This document shows, one piece after another, positions 1-9,438 of a stretch of 60,848 nt of DNA. The stretch is taken from contig JACRQA010000178.1 of assembly GCA_016222915.1 (NCBI GenBank), positions 1 through 60,848 on the forward strand. The letters run 5' to 3'. Position 1 is the first letter of the stretch; each line of letters opens with the position of its first letter. This DNA comes from Nitrospirota bacterium. GTDB taxonomy: Bacteria; Nitrospirota; Thermodesulfovibrionia; UBA6902. The notes below the pieces were generated by a model. The model was not told where the DNA came from. It made no database searches and saw only the letters and a list, made by a program, of their open reading frames with translations. The position numbers and the translations under genes were made by a program.

Positions 1-1
1 C

Positions 2-214
2 ATCGACGAAGCACAATGCCGGATGCTTTTCAGGCAGGTCAAGGAGAACCTCAAGGACGTCAATTACGACGGGTCGCTGTTAAAACTCAATGATCTGCTT
101 CTGGCAGTCAATGGTAACGGGGAAATAGTAAGAGATATTTCCGGAAGCCCGTTGGTTGTCATCTGCAATTTTGAACATATATGGGAATGCTCCGATGTGC
201 CTATGTTTAGTTGA
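2..214 (+). CDS. 3' end of an unidentified protein, 5'-truncated by the window edge
   Basis: The frame is open from the window edge to TGA at 212-214. No motif recognised. Confidence 0.3.
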   Translation: MDEAQCRMLFRQVKENLKDVNYDGSLLKLNDLLLAVNGNGEIVRDISGSPLVVICNFEHIWECSDVPMFS

Positions 215-282
215 GGTCCGTTACAGGCGGGACTGACGGTACTACAGTATATATTTCTTAAGACAGCGGGTCATTTAAAAAA

Positions 283-356
283 AGCCACCGAGGGGAGTTG
301 AACCCCTAACCTCCGCATTACGAATGCGATGCTCTGCCGGATTGAGCTACGGTGGC
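283..356 (-). tRNA. tRNA-Thr (anticodon CGU)
   Basis: Hand-folded 74-nt cloverleaf. Acceptor GCCACCG/CGGTGGC, D-stem GCTC/GAGC, anticodon stem TCGCA/TGCGG with loop TTCGTAA, T-arm AGGGG-TTCAACT-CCCCT. A T-run follows the 3' end. Confidence 0.9.
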
Positions 357-505
357 TCGTTTTTTTGATTTCAGTTTTATATCATACACCAGAACCAAAC
401 TGCGATTCCACTGGTCTATATTACCGGTCCCGGAAGGAACAATAAAAGGAAAAATGAATGTGTGATTGATATACAGAAGGCGGGGGTAATGCGGATAGAG
501 AATGT

Positions 506-1045
506 CTATCCGCCCTCGGCGATTCTTTCTTCTTCTTCCTTACGTGTCTTACAGTCGATGCACAATGTCGTCACCGGCCTTGCCTCAAGACGCTTGAGGC
601 CTATTTCATTGCCGCATTCTTCACAAATGCCGTAAGGTCCGTTTTCAATAAGATCGATAGTTACTTCTATTTTTTTCAGCAGCATGCGTTCCCTGTCTCT
701 GAGCCTGAGCATGAAATTTCTGTCAGCTTCGGCAGTGGCCTGGTCCCCCATATCGGGGAAGTTGAGCTCTGACGGGAGACTGCTGAGAGTTTCTTCAGCT
801 TCCTTGAGCAGAGAGTCTCTTTGATTTATCAGATTTTGCTTTATCCGTTGTATTACGGCTTCTCTCTCTGTCAAAGGTTTTTGTGCGTCTGCCGTTTTCT
901 TTTTTGAAGGTACGGCTGCGGTTTCTTTCACGGGTTTTGACGATTTGGAAGGTGCTTTCATGTTCTTGTTTGAATCTTTCTTTACCGATTTAGTTGTCTT
1001 GACAGCTTTTATATTCGATTTTTTGGCTGTTGTTTTCTTTGTCAT
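506..1045 (-). CDS. DksA/TraR-family C4 zinc-finger protein with a lysine-rich N-terminal extension
   Basis: C-terminal CEECGNEIGLKRLEARPVTTLCIDCK four-Cys finger preceded by a coiled-coil-like region. The first ~60 aa are K/S/T-rich. Confidence 0.8.
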   Translation of the reverse strand: MTKKTTAKKSNIKAVKTTKSVKKDSNKNMKAPSKSSKPVKETAAVPSKKKTADAQKPLTEREAVIQRIKQNLINQRDSLLKEAEETLSSLPSELNFPDMGDQATAEADRNFMLRLRDRERMLLKKIEVTIDLIENGPYGICEECGNEIGLKRLEARPVTTLCIDCKTRKEEEERIAEGG

Positions 1046-1251
1046 ATTTACCCTCGGTAATTTAGTAAATTTTAAATAAGTTGTAAATTAACAGATTTAT
1101 TACAACTAAGTCAATCGCCTTCGATGTTTCTCAAAGTGTGTTACTCCTTGACAAAGCTTCTTTGATTAAATTAAGTTATCCCATAAAATTTGTGCCTGTA
1201 TATTGACCGGTTATTTATTGATATCGTCCCGGATTTGTACTGGAGGTAAGT

Positions 1252-1971
1252 ATGCTTTTGGGTGTAAATGTTGATCATGTGGCCACTGTAAGAGAAGCGA
1301 GAAGAGAAACCGAGCCGGACCCTGTGATTGCCGCTGAGCTGGCTGTCTGCGGGGGGGCGGACGGTATTACCGTGCACCTCAGGGAAGACAGACGGCACAT
1401 TCAGGATCGGGATGTAATAAATGTGAGGCGGAAAATATCAGTTGAATTAAATCTGGAAATGGCTGCTACAAAAGAAATGATAGGCATCGCGCTGAAAGTC
1501 AGACCCGAGCTTGTGACCCTCGTGCCTGAGAAGAGGGCCGAGCTGACTACAGAAGGCGGGCTTGACCTGGTAAAGGGCAGAAAGAAAATAAAATACGCAA
1601 TCGACATGATACAGCGCAGTGGGATTCCCGTAAGCCTTTTTATCAATCCCTCAGAGTCCGATATTGTCATTTCAAAGGAGCTGGGCGCCCGGATGATCGA
1701 AATTCATACGGGACTTTATGCAAATGCAAAAGGCAAAAATAAGACGGAGGAGCTTAGCAGGGTAAAGAAGGCAGTCAGGAAAGGCCTTGATTTGGGTCTG
1801 CAGGTAAACGCAGGTCACGGGCTTAATTTTTCAAATGTAAAAAAGATCGCTGCTATAAAGGGACTGAGAGGACTGTATATAGGCCACAGCATAATTGCCA
1901 ATTCGATTTATATGGGGATAGAAAAGACCGTGAGGGAGATGAAGAGATTGATTGATGCAAGTAATAAGTAA
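1252..1971 (+). CDS. pdxJ: pyridoxine 5'-phosphate synthase
   Basis: LGVNVDHVATVREARR...GADGITVHLREDRRHIQDRDV is the PdxJ signature. 239 aa. Confidence 0.95.
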   Translation: MLLGVNVDHVATVREARRETEPDPVIAAELAVCGGADGITVHLREDRRHIQDRDVINVRRKISVELNLEMAATKEMIGIALKVRPELVTLVPEKRAELTTEGGLDLVKGRKKIKYAIDMIQRSGIPVSLFINPSESDIVISKELGARMIEIHTGLYANAKGKNKTEELSRVKKAVRKGLDLGLQVNAGHGLNFSNVKKIAAIKGLRGLYIGHSIIANSIYMGIEKTVREMKRLIDASNK

Positions 1972-2095
1972 ATGAGTGGCTGATCTTCAGCAGCATAGCG
2001 CACGCTTTCAAGCTCCCCTTTGCATTGCCGCATAACGGGCCGGACCAGGTCAAGATTTCAACTGATAATTCTTAAGATATAAAAATGAAGCCGAT

Positions 2096-3718
2096 ATGTT
2101 GAAAATAGCAGATTCAGAAGAGATGCAGCGCATAGACCGTATCACCATTGAAAAATATGGTGTCCCCGGGACGGTCCTTATGGAAAGGGCGGGACTCAGT
2201 GTTGCTGCAAGAATAAATGACATTTATTTTCAGAATACACAAGAAGGAACACTGAACGCTGCCATAATCAGAGAAAGAAAGATACTGGTCCTCTGCGGTG
2301 GGGGTAATAACGGAGGCGACGGTTTTGTGATTGCGAGGGTACTGCACAATCAGGGCAGACGAGTCGAAGTTTACATGACTGCAAATCCCGCAAGCTTAAA
2401 AGGTGATACGAAAATAAATTATGACGCCGCCAAAAAATTCGGAGTTGTAATACGTCCGGCCGGTCATTTCCTGAAGCGGGTCCCTTCAGATGTTGACCGT
2501 AATTGTCTGATCGTCGATGCGCTTCTCGGCACAGGTTTAAGAAAAGAGGTTAGGGCGCCGCTTACTGACGTTATAAAGAAAATCAATCATCTGCCGGTCC
2601 CGGTTGTTTCCGTAGACATTCCGTCAGGCATTTCTTCAGATACAGGACAGATAATGGGATGTGCCGTAAAAGCGCGGTGCACAGTTACATTCGGCCTTCC
2701 CAAGAGAGGGCATTTCCTCTATCCGGGCGCTGAGTATGCCGGGCAGTTATATGTTGAAGAGATCGGCTTTCCCCGGACTCTGCTTGCTTCAGAAAGGATC
2801 AGGATCAACCTGGTGCAGAAAGAAGACGCCAGGTCTTTAATACCTGTAAGACCAAAATATTCTCATAAAGGGACATATGGTCACGTACTGATAGTCGCCG
2901 GGTCGAGGGGGAAAACAGGGGCCGCATTGATGGCGGCAAAGGCATGTCTGAGGGCTGGAGCAGGTCTGGTAACAATAGGCGTTCCCGAAACTCTTGTGAA
3001 TTCATTCCAATCAAGAGTTACCGAAGAGATGCTCCTTCCACTGCCTGATAAAGGCAACGGGACCCTTTCAATCGATGCTGCCGGTCCTGTCCTTGATTTT
3101 CTCAAGAAAGGGGTGAAGGTCCTTGCAATAGGTCCGGGGCTTTCAGCAGATAAAGAGATTTCTAAACTTGCCGGCATCCTCATAAGAGAATCCGGGAGTC
3201 CGATAGTGATCGATGCCGACGGGCTGAATGCAATTTCAGATCAAACCAGTGCATTAAGAAAGAGCAGCGCCCCTGTAATACTTACACCTCACCCAGGTGA
3301 AATGGCAAGATTATTAAGAAAGGGACCAGCGGGCAGTCAGCGCTCAGACGCGGCCTCCGGTCTGCGGGAAGCAATAGAGAAGGACAGGATCAACACAGCT
3401 CTTGATTTTGCCCGAAAAACAAAAACCTTTCTTGTGCTTAAAGGCGCTCCTACTATTACGGCAACGCCTCAGGGTGAAGCTTTCATAAATACAACAGGCA
3501 ATCCCGGAATGGCGACCGCAGGGACAGGTGATGTGCTGACAGGCATGATCTCTGCCTTTCTTGCACAAGGCATGTCTCCGGCGAACGCATCAATACTGGG
3601 GGTCTATCTGCACGGCCTCGCAGGCGATATCGTTGCAGGCAAGAAGGGACAACGCTCTTTAATAGCATCAGATATTATCAGTAGTTTGCCGATGGCTTTC
3701 AGATCAATTCGTGATTAG
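2096..3718 (+). CDS. nnr: bifunctional NAD(P)H-hydrate epimerase / ADP-dependent dehydratase
   Basis: N-terminal YjeF_N motif GGGNNGGDGFV. C-terminal carbohydrate-kinase motifs TPHPGEMARL and GNPGMATAGTGDVLTG. Confidence 0.92.
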   Translation: MLKIADSEEMQRIDRITIEKYGVPGTVLMERAGLSVAARINDIYFQNTQEGTLNAAIIRERKILVLCGGGNNGGDGFVIARVLHNQGRRVEVYMTANPASLKGDTKINYDAAKKFGVVIRPAGHFLKRVPSDVDRNCLIVDALLGTGLRKEVRAPLTDVIKKINHLPVPVVSVDIPSGISSDTGQIMGCAVKARCTVTFGLPKRGHFLYPGAEYAGQLYVEEIGFPRTLLASERIRINLVQKEDARSLIPVRPKYSHKGTYGHVLIVAGSRGKTGAALMAAKACLRAGAGLVTIGVPETLVNSFQSRVTEEMLLPLPDKGNGTLSIDAAGPVLDFLKKGVKVLAIGPGLSADKEISKLAGILIRESGSPIVIDADGLNAISDQTSALRKSSAPVILTPHPGEMARLLRKGPAGSQRSDAASGLREAIEKDRINTALDFARKTKTFLVLKGAPTITATPQGEAFINTTGNPGMATAGTGDVLTGMISAFLAQGMSPANASILGVYLHGLAGDIVAGKKGQRSLIASDIISSLPMAFRSIRD

Positions 3719-3742
3719 CAGATTTATCTCAGATTCAATGAC

Positions 3743-4429
3743 ATGATAATAACACCTCCGAATATCGTCTCACGGCATGTGAAAGCATTTTTTACTACAC
3801 GGGAATTTAATGGCAGCTACGATCATATGAGCAATGCCGTGGCGCATGAGTTAAATATTCCGGCAGGCAAAATATACCTGCCTGTTCAGATGCATACAAA
3901 CCGGATACAGGTCCTTGTTGCCGATACAACTCCGGAAGTGGCCGATGCGGTCATTACAAAAAGAAAAGAAATATATGTCGGGGTATTGGTGGCAGATTGC
4001 GTACCAATATTGCTGTACGATAAAGAACAAGAGGTCATCGGGGCAGTACATGCGGGATGGAGAGGGACGGCGCAACGGATACTGAAGGAGACAATCATGA
4101 CCATGCAGGAGAGGTTATTTTCACTGCCTGAGAATATATATATCGCGATAGGGCCAAGCATCAGAAAGTGCAGTTATGAGGTCGATAAAGAGGTGAAGGA
4201 CGCTGTCGAACATGCTACGGGACACGGGGATTATTATAGTAGTTCGGGAGACAAGTATTATATTGACCTTTCATCGGCAAACCGGATACAGGCATTATCA
4301 ACGGGTATCCCGGCAGACAACGTCTGGCAGTCTGAAGATTGTACTTTTTGTAATCCGCACAAATACTATTCTTACAGGCACAGCGGGGGAGGCACGGGAA
4401 GGCAGGGTGGTTTTATCGGAATGTGGTAG
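3743..4429 (+). CDS. pgeF: peptidoglycan editing factor PgeF (YfiH / laccase-domain family)
   Basis: VADCVPILLYD...GAVHAGWRGT and a C-terminal CTFC...YSYR motif. Confidence 0.88.
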   Translation: MIITPPNIVSRHVKAFFTTREFNGSYDHMSNAVAHELNIPAGKIYLPVQMHTNRIQVLVADTTPEVADAVITKRKEIYVGVLVADCVPILLYDKEQEVIGAVHAGWRGTAQRILKETIMTMQERLFSLPENIYIAIGPSIRKCSYEVDKEVKDAVEHATGHGDYYSSSGDKYYIDLSSANRIQALSTGIPADNVWQSEDCTFCNPHKYYSYRHSGGGTGRQGGFIGMW

Positions 4430-4487
4430 AATAGAAAACCGGTAAATTCTGATGCAACTGATCAATGGTTTTTATTAAGGAGGAATC

Positions 4488-4946
4488 ATGCTGACAGCAA
4501 GGGACATAATGACAAAGGATGTGATTTCCGTAAAACCGGAAGCTACGGTGGAAGAGCTTGCGCGGTTGCTGATGGAGCATAAGATCAGCGGAGTTCCCGT
4601 TGTGGACGAACAAAAAAATATCGTGGGGATCGTTACGGAAAATGATCTTATCAGAAAGAACAAGCGGCTGCACATTCCTACCGTAATCAGGCTGTTTGAC
4701 GCATATATAATGTTAGGCTCAGGCAAAGCGGAAGAGGAGATCAGGAAAATGGCGGCTACCACGGTTGATGAGATATGCACTAAAAAAGTTGTGTCGATAA
4801 AGGAAGATACTTCCCTTGAGGACATCGCGACAATTATGGCCGAAAAGCATATCCACCTGCTCCCCGTCCTGAGCGGCAGCGCAGTCGTTGGAATAGTCGG
4901 CAAGGCTGACATGGTTAGAGCTTTTACTTATGAAGCTTCAAAGTAA
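4488..4946 (+). CDS. CBS domain pair protein
   Basis: Two CBS repeats (DIMTKDVISV...GVPVVD; VDEICTKKVVSI...LLPVL). 152 aa. Confidence 0.85.
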   Translation: MLTARDIMTKDVISVKPEATVEELARLLMEHKISGVPVVDEQKNIVGIVTENDLIRKNKRLHIPTVIRLFDAYIMLGSGKAEEEIRKMAATTVDEICTKKVVSIKEDTSLEDIATIMAEKHIHLLPVLSGSAVVGIVGKADMVRAFTYEASK

Positions 4947-5361
4947 CAGCGATGCTGAGACAAAGGAAATCGGCCGCAGACTGGGGGAACACCTCAAACG
5001 GGGAGATGTTGTATGTCTTTATGGTGAGCTTGGCGCAGGCAAGACAACGATGGTCAAGGGGATTGCATCTGCCTTCGGCATTAACGAAAGGGACATAACC
5101 AGCGCCAGTTTTACTATTATCGCGGAATATAATATCAGCGTGCCTTTTTACCATATAGACCTCTACAGGATATCTCCGGATGAAGTATCGGAGCTTGGAC
5201 TGGGGGAGTATCTCGGGGCTGACGGTGTTGCTGTGATTGAGTGGGCCGAACGTGCCGAGGGAGAGATACCTGAACAGAGTGTCAGGGTAACTTTGCATCA
5301 TAAAGAAGACAATGCAAGAGAGATCGAAATAAAGGGCATCGATATCAGGGACTCTTATTGA
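4930..5361 (+). CDS. tsaE: tRNA t6A37 biosynthesis ATPase TsaE
   Basis: P-loop GELGAGKTTMVKG, then SASFTI and HIDLYRI motifs. 143 aa. Confidence 0.9.
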   Translation: MKLQSNSDAETKEIGRRLGEHLKRGDVVCLYGELGAGKTTMVKGIASAFGINERDITSASFTIIAEYNISVPFYHIDLYRISPDEVSELGLGEYLGADGVAVIEWAERAEGEIPEQSVRVTLHHKEDNAREIEIKGIDIRDSY

Positions 5362-5457
5362 AGAGGCTGCTTAACTGTTAAACTCCCGGGACACTGAGGA
5401 TGCATGGAAAGCTTTATTTTTTGACCGCAGTGAAAAGTCAGGTATAATTACTTTATC

Positions 5458-6303
5458 ATGAAAAAAATCGGGATAATCGCAAAAAAAGGTGAACCGGAGG
5501 CCATTAAAGCTATCAGAGAATTTATACGCCTGCTGAAAGGCCGGACATATAAATTGTATGTAGAGAATGATGTCGCAGCACTTCTTAAGATCGATGGTTG
5601 TCCGAGGAAAAAGATCCCTTCAATGGCGGACATAATCGTAGTATTCGGGGGTGACGGGACCCTTCTGAGTGTCACAAGGCTTGTAGGCAGTTCAGGCGTC
5701 CCGATTCTGGGGGTCAATCTCGGGAGTCTCGGCTTTATTACAGAGCTGAGCAAGGAAGAGATCAAAGACAGCATCGACATGGTTTTTTCGGACAAGCATT
5801 GTTTTGAAGAAAGAATAATGCTTCTGGCCGATGTATACAGGGGAGGTAAGAAGGTAATACAGAACAGCGCATTCAATGATGTTGTGTTGAACAAGAGCGC
5901 GCTCTCAAGAATGTTCGAGATCGACATACGTATCAACAATCAGTATGTCACAACATTCAGGGTCGACGGGTTAATAGTGTCCACTCCTACCGGTTCGACC
6001 GGGCATTCGCTTTCAGCAGGAGGCCCCATTATGTACCCCACGCTCGAATCATTTCTGCTGACTCCCATATGTCCTCACACACTTACAAGCAGGCCGATCG
6101 TGCTGCCGGACACATTCATATTGGAGGCCGGCATCAAGACCGGAGAGGACATATATATGACACTTGACGGCCAGGAAGGATTTCCTTTAAAGGTCAATGA
6201 TAAGGTGAGCATACGGAAGGCTGATTATAAGACAAAGTTTCTCATAGTCCATGACAGAGACTATTTCCGCATATTGCGGACCAAGCTGAAATGGGGAGAG
6301 TAG
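5458..6303 (+). CDS. nadK: NAD+ kinase
   Basis: GGDGTLL, NDVVL and DGLIVSTPTGSTGHSLSAGGPI motifs. Confidence 0.93.
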   Translation: MKKIGIIAKKGEPEAIKAIREFIRLLKGRTYKLYVENDVAALLKIDGCPRKKIPSMADIIVVFGGDGTLLSVTRLVGSSGVPILGVNLGSLGFITELSKEEIKDSIDMVFSDKHCFEERIMLLADVYRGGKKVIQNSAFNDVVLNKSALSRMFEIDIRINNQYVTTFRVDGLIVSTPTGSTGHSLSAGGPIMYPTLESFLLTPICPHTLTSRPIVLPDTFILEAGIKTGEDIYMTLDGQEGFPLKVNDKVSIRKADYKTKFLIVHDRDYFRILRTKLKWGE

Positions 6304-6315
6304 TCAATACAGTGA

Positions 6316-6350
6316 AGAGTTCAGAGTTAGGAGTTAAGTGTTTTAAGTTT
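6316..6350. repeat. degenerate heptanucleotide tandem repeat (AGAGTTN)x5, reverse complement of AACTCTN
   Basis: Read directly: agagttc agagtta ggagtta agtgttt taagttt, in the nadK-udg spacer. Confidence 0.6.
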
Positions 6351-6355
6351 TGGCG

Positions 6356-7102
6356 ATGAATAACAAAATTGAATTAATTGACAAGCTGAAAAAATCGTTG
6401 GAATTTTATCAGGAACTGGGGTTTGAATATTTACCCTTAAAAAGGGCTGATATTTCTAATGTAATATCAGCGGGAGCGGTTTCAGATTATAATCCGGCTA
6501 CGATCAGCTCCAACCAGCAGGTAGCAGAGCAACCGGTCGATTATTCTTCGAATAAAGAAATCACCCTTGAAGACCTTAAAAACGAAATAGGTGATTGCCA
6601 CAGGTGTAAGTTGTCCAAAGGCCGTAAAAATATTGTCTTTGGCGAAGGGAAGGCCGATGCGGATATCATGTTTATTGGTGAGGGTCCTGGCAGAGACGAG
6701 GATATACAGGGGAGACCCTTTGTCGGAGATGCCGGGAAGCTTCTCACCAATCTTATCCTGAAATTGGGACTAAGGCGTCAAGACGTTTATATAGCGAATA
6801 TAGTTAAGTGCAGGCCTCCGAGCAACAGGAATCCGGAAGAAGATGAAATATCAACATGCGCTCCTTTTGTTGAAAGGCAAATTGCGATAATTAAGCCGAA
6901 GGTAATTGTCTGTCTCGGTAAGATCGCGGCACAGACCCTTTTGAAGACTAATGTTCCAATCAGCAAGCTCAGGGGGAATTTCTTTAGTTATAAAAATATT
7001 CCGGTCATGCCTACATTTCATCCGGCATATCTGTTAAGGAACCCGAAAGATAAATGGCTGACTTGGGAGGACATGCAAAAAGTCCTTGATAAATTGAAAT
7101 GA
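6356..7102 (+). CDS. uracil-DNA glycosylase, family 4
   Basis: CHRCKL...VFGEG...IMFIGEGPGRDEDIQGRPFVGDAGKLL and HPAYLLRNP motifs. ATG at 6356 is preferred over the upstream TTG at 6350. Confidence 0.88.
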   Translation: MNNKIELIDKLKKSLEFYQELGFEYLPLKRADISNVISAGAVSDYNPATISSNQQVAEQPVDYSSNKEITLEDLKNEIGDCHRCKLSKGRKNIVFGEGKADADIMFIGEGPGRDEDIQGRPFVGDAGKLLTNLILKLGLRRQDVYIANIVKCRPPSNRNPEEDEISTCAPFVERQIAIIKPKVIVCLGKIAAQTLLKTNVPISKLRGNFFSYKNIPVMPTFHPAYLLRNPKDKWLTWEDMQKVLDKLK

Positions 7103-7172
7103 TATATTTATATAAAACCGTTGATGCTCAAACCGTGAAGCGGTTTAAAGTTATATTTATATTGGAGATGAA

Positions 7173-7676
7173 ATGAAACGATTGTGGGCGCCCTGGAGGA
7201 TGGAGTATATCCTTGACGATAAAAAACACGACGGCTGCTTATTTTGTAATGTCTCCGCTAAAGAGGGAAACAAGATAAGCAAAAGCAGAGATAAAAAGAA
7301 CCTTATATTACACAGAGGCAAGCATTGTTTTGTCATCTTGAACCGGTATCCATACAACAGCGGACACCTGATGGTGGTGCCTTATTTTCACACTCCGACT
7401 TTCGAAGGCCTGTCTGATGACGTCCTTTTTGATTTGATCAAGACCGTAGACAACTCCGTACGGATACTGAAGAAAGTCCTGCGTCCCGATGGCTTTAATA
7501 TGGGCCTTAATTTCGGCAAAGTTGCGGGTGCGGGGATGGAATCGCACATGCATATCCATGTCGTCCCCCGCTGGACAGGGGACACCGACAGTATGCCGAT
7601 TATCGCCGAGACGAGGGTCATGCCTGAACATTTAAGAAAGACGTATGATAAGATTCTCAAGTATTTCGTTAAATAA
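7173..7676 (+). CDS. HIT-family nucleotide hydrolase/transferase
   Basis: Histidine triad HMHIHVVPRW. N-terminal LWAPWRMEY is typical of the Ap4A-phosphorylase-like HIT branch. Confidence 0.85.
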   Translation: MKRLWAPWRMEYILDDKKHDGCLFCNVSAKEGNKISKSRDKKNLILHRGKHCFVILNRYPYNSGHLMVVPYFHTPTFEGLSDDVLFDLIKTVDNSVRILKKVLRPDGFNMGLNFGKVAGAGMESHMHIHVVPRWTGDTDSMPIIAETRVMPEHLRKTYDKILKYFVK

Positions 7677-7929
7677 ATCAGTCGTGAATGTTATGGGATG
7701 TTACATAAAGAGAGTCAGGAATTTTATACTTTAGTGAGGCTTTAAGACAGACTGTTAACTTCCAGCAGGTTAATATATCTGTTTATGTTTGATCCCGGGA
7801 AAACCGATACATAAGTCAACCTGTTTGAAAATATAGCAAATAAGCTAACCGGAAAATATTTGTACCGGAAGCTAGAATTTGATAAAAAGATATGTTAAAC
7901 TTACAAGTTGAAAATTCAAAAGGGAAAAT

Positions 7930-9360
7930 ATGAAAGAAAAAGACGTATTTGATGAGATAATCGAGGTAGGGAAAAAGCGAGGGGTCCTTACCTATGATGA
8001 AATCAACGAGGCCCTGCCATCGGAGTTCTTTACCCCTGACGAGATTGAAGACCTGATGGACCTTCTTAGTGATATGGGGGTGCGTATAGTTGATTCAGAA
8101 GAAGCCCTCCCGCTGGAAGAAGTAGAGCCCCAGGAATATGAAAAGACTGAAGATCTTGTTCAGGCTTACTTTCATTCGATGGGCGATATTTCCATCCTCT
8201 CTAAAGATGAAGAAGTAGAGCTGGCAAAAAAACTGGATGAAGGAAAAGAAATAATCGCAGAAATCGTTCAGACGATTCCATTAACGAAGAAGATTGAAAA
8301 GGATTACATCAGTGATGAAGATATGCTGGAAATGGAGGAAGATGAAAGGAAAGCTCATATAATTGAGCTTACCCTTTACAGACTTGAACTGTATGTTGAA
8401 GTTATTAATGATTTCAAGGCGGAACTGGACCAATATGGCGGGTCCCTCAAGACCCTTAAGACCCTGATAACGAGTGAAAAGAGCAAGAAAAGAGTTCGCG
8501 GCGCAATTCTGACTTCAATGGAAGAACTTGCCAACCGGGTCCAATTGACCTTCAGGAAAATCGAGGGAGAGATAGGCATAAAGGTTGACACATTGATAAC
8601 ACTGTGGGAGAGAATCAGCAGGGTCCAGGCATTTGTTCTTGAGGCAAAAAACGAATTAATTACACGCAATCTCAGGCTGGTAGTCAATATAGCGAAAAAT
8701 TATGTCGGTAGGGGACTGCCGCTTCTTGATCTCATTCAGGAAGGCAATATTGGTCTTATGAAGGCTGTAGATAAATTTAAACATGAGAAGGGGTTCAAAT
8801 TCAGCACATACGCAACATGGTGGATAAGACAGGCCATTACCAGGGCGCTTATTGATCAGACGAAAACGATCCGGGTGCCTGTGCATATGATGGAATTTTA
8901 TAACAGGGTCACTAAGGCATCAAGGGAATTGACGCAGGAATTGGGGCGGGAACCCACTGACGACGAAATAGCAAAAAAACTGATAGTCCCGACCAGGAAG
9001 GTTGAAGAAGTCTTCAGGGCCATCCAGGACCCGATTGCGTTGCAGACCCCTGTTGGCGATGAAGACACCGAATTGGAAGATTTCATTGGTGACAAGAACA
9101 GTCCTTCACCTTATGCTGATGCAGAAGGCAAGGAAATTTCGGGATACATCAAGAAAGTCCTTGGCACATTGACTCCAAAAGAAGAGAAGGTGATAAGGAT
9201 GAGGTTCGGGATCGGCGTTGACAGGGACCACACTCTTGAAGAGGTAGGAAGGCACCTCACAATTACCAGGGAGCGGGTAAGGCAGATTGAGGCAAAGGCA
9301 CTGAGAAAACTGAAACATCCAAGCAGGCTGAAGGCGCTCAAGGCACTGGTAAGCACTTAA
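7930..9360 (+). CDS. rpoD: primary RNA polymerase sigma factor (sigma-70)
   Basis: Region 2 NLRLVVNIAKNYVGRGLPLLDLIQEGNIGLMKAVDKF. Region 4 TLEEVGRHLTITRERVRQIEAKALRKL. Confidence 0.95.
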   Translation: MKEKDVFDEIIEVGKKRGVLTYDEINEALPSEFFTPDEIEDLMDLLSDMGVRIVDSEEALPLEEVEPQEYEKTEDLVQAYFHSMGDISILSKDEEVELAKKLDEGKEIIAEIVQTIPLTKKIEKDYISDEDMLEMEEDERKAHIIELTLYRLELYVEVINDFKAELDQYGGSLKTLKTLITSEKSKKRVRGAILTSMEELANRVQLTFRKIEGEIGIKVDTLITLWERISRVQAFVLEAKNELITRNLRLVVNIAKNYVGRGLPLLDLIQEGNIGLMKAVDKFKHEKGFKFSTYATWWIRQAITRALIDQTKTIRVPVHMMEFYNRVTKASRELTQELGREPTDDEIAKKLIVPTRKVEEVFRAIQDPIALQTPVGDEDTELEDFIGDKNSPSPYADAEGKEISGYIKKVLGTLTPKEEKVIRMRFGIGVDRDHTLEEVGRHLTITRERVRQIEAKALRKLKHPSRLKALKALVST

Positions 9361-9384
9361 GAACGAGCAAATTTATTATTCAAT

Positions 9385-9419
9385 AAAAAAGGTGAGCAAA
9401 AAAATTGCTCACCTTTTTG
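9385..9419. terminator. bidirectional rho-independent terminator between rpoD and the LysM gene
   Basis: aaaaaa-GGTGAGCAA-aaaaa-TTGCTCACC-ttttt. Perfect 9-bp stem flanked by an A-run and a T-run. Confidence 0.8.
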
Positions 9420-9438
9420 TTTTATCTCTAACTGTTGA

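Noticed and set aside
491-513. Hairpin gcggataga-gaatg-tctatccgc overlapping the dksA-like stop codon, considered as a terminator.
   Set aside because: No U-tract follows it on the transcribed strand, and half of the stem is coding.
5448-5939. 163-aa minus-strand ORF opposite nadK.
   Set aside because: It is a shadow ORF. nadK motifs (GGDGT, TPTGSTGHS) are unambiguous on the plus strand.
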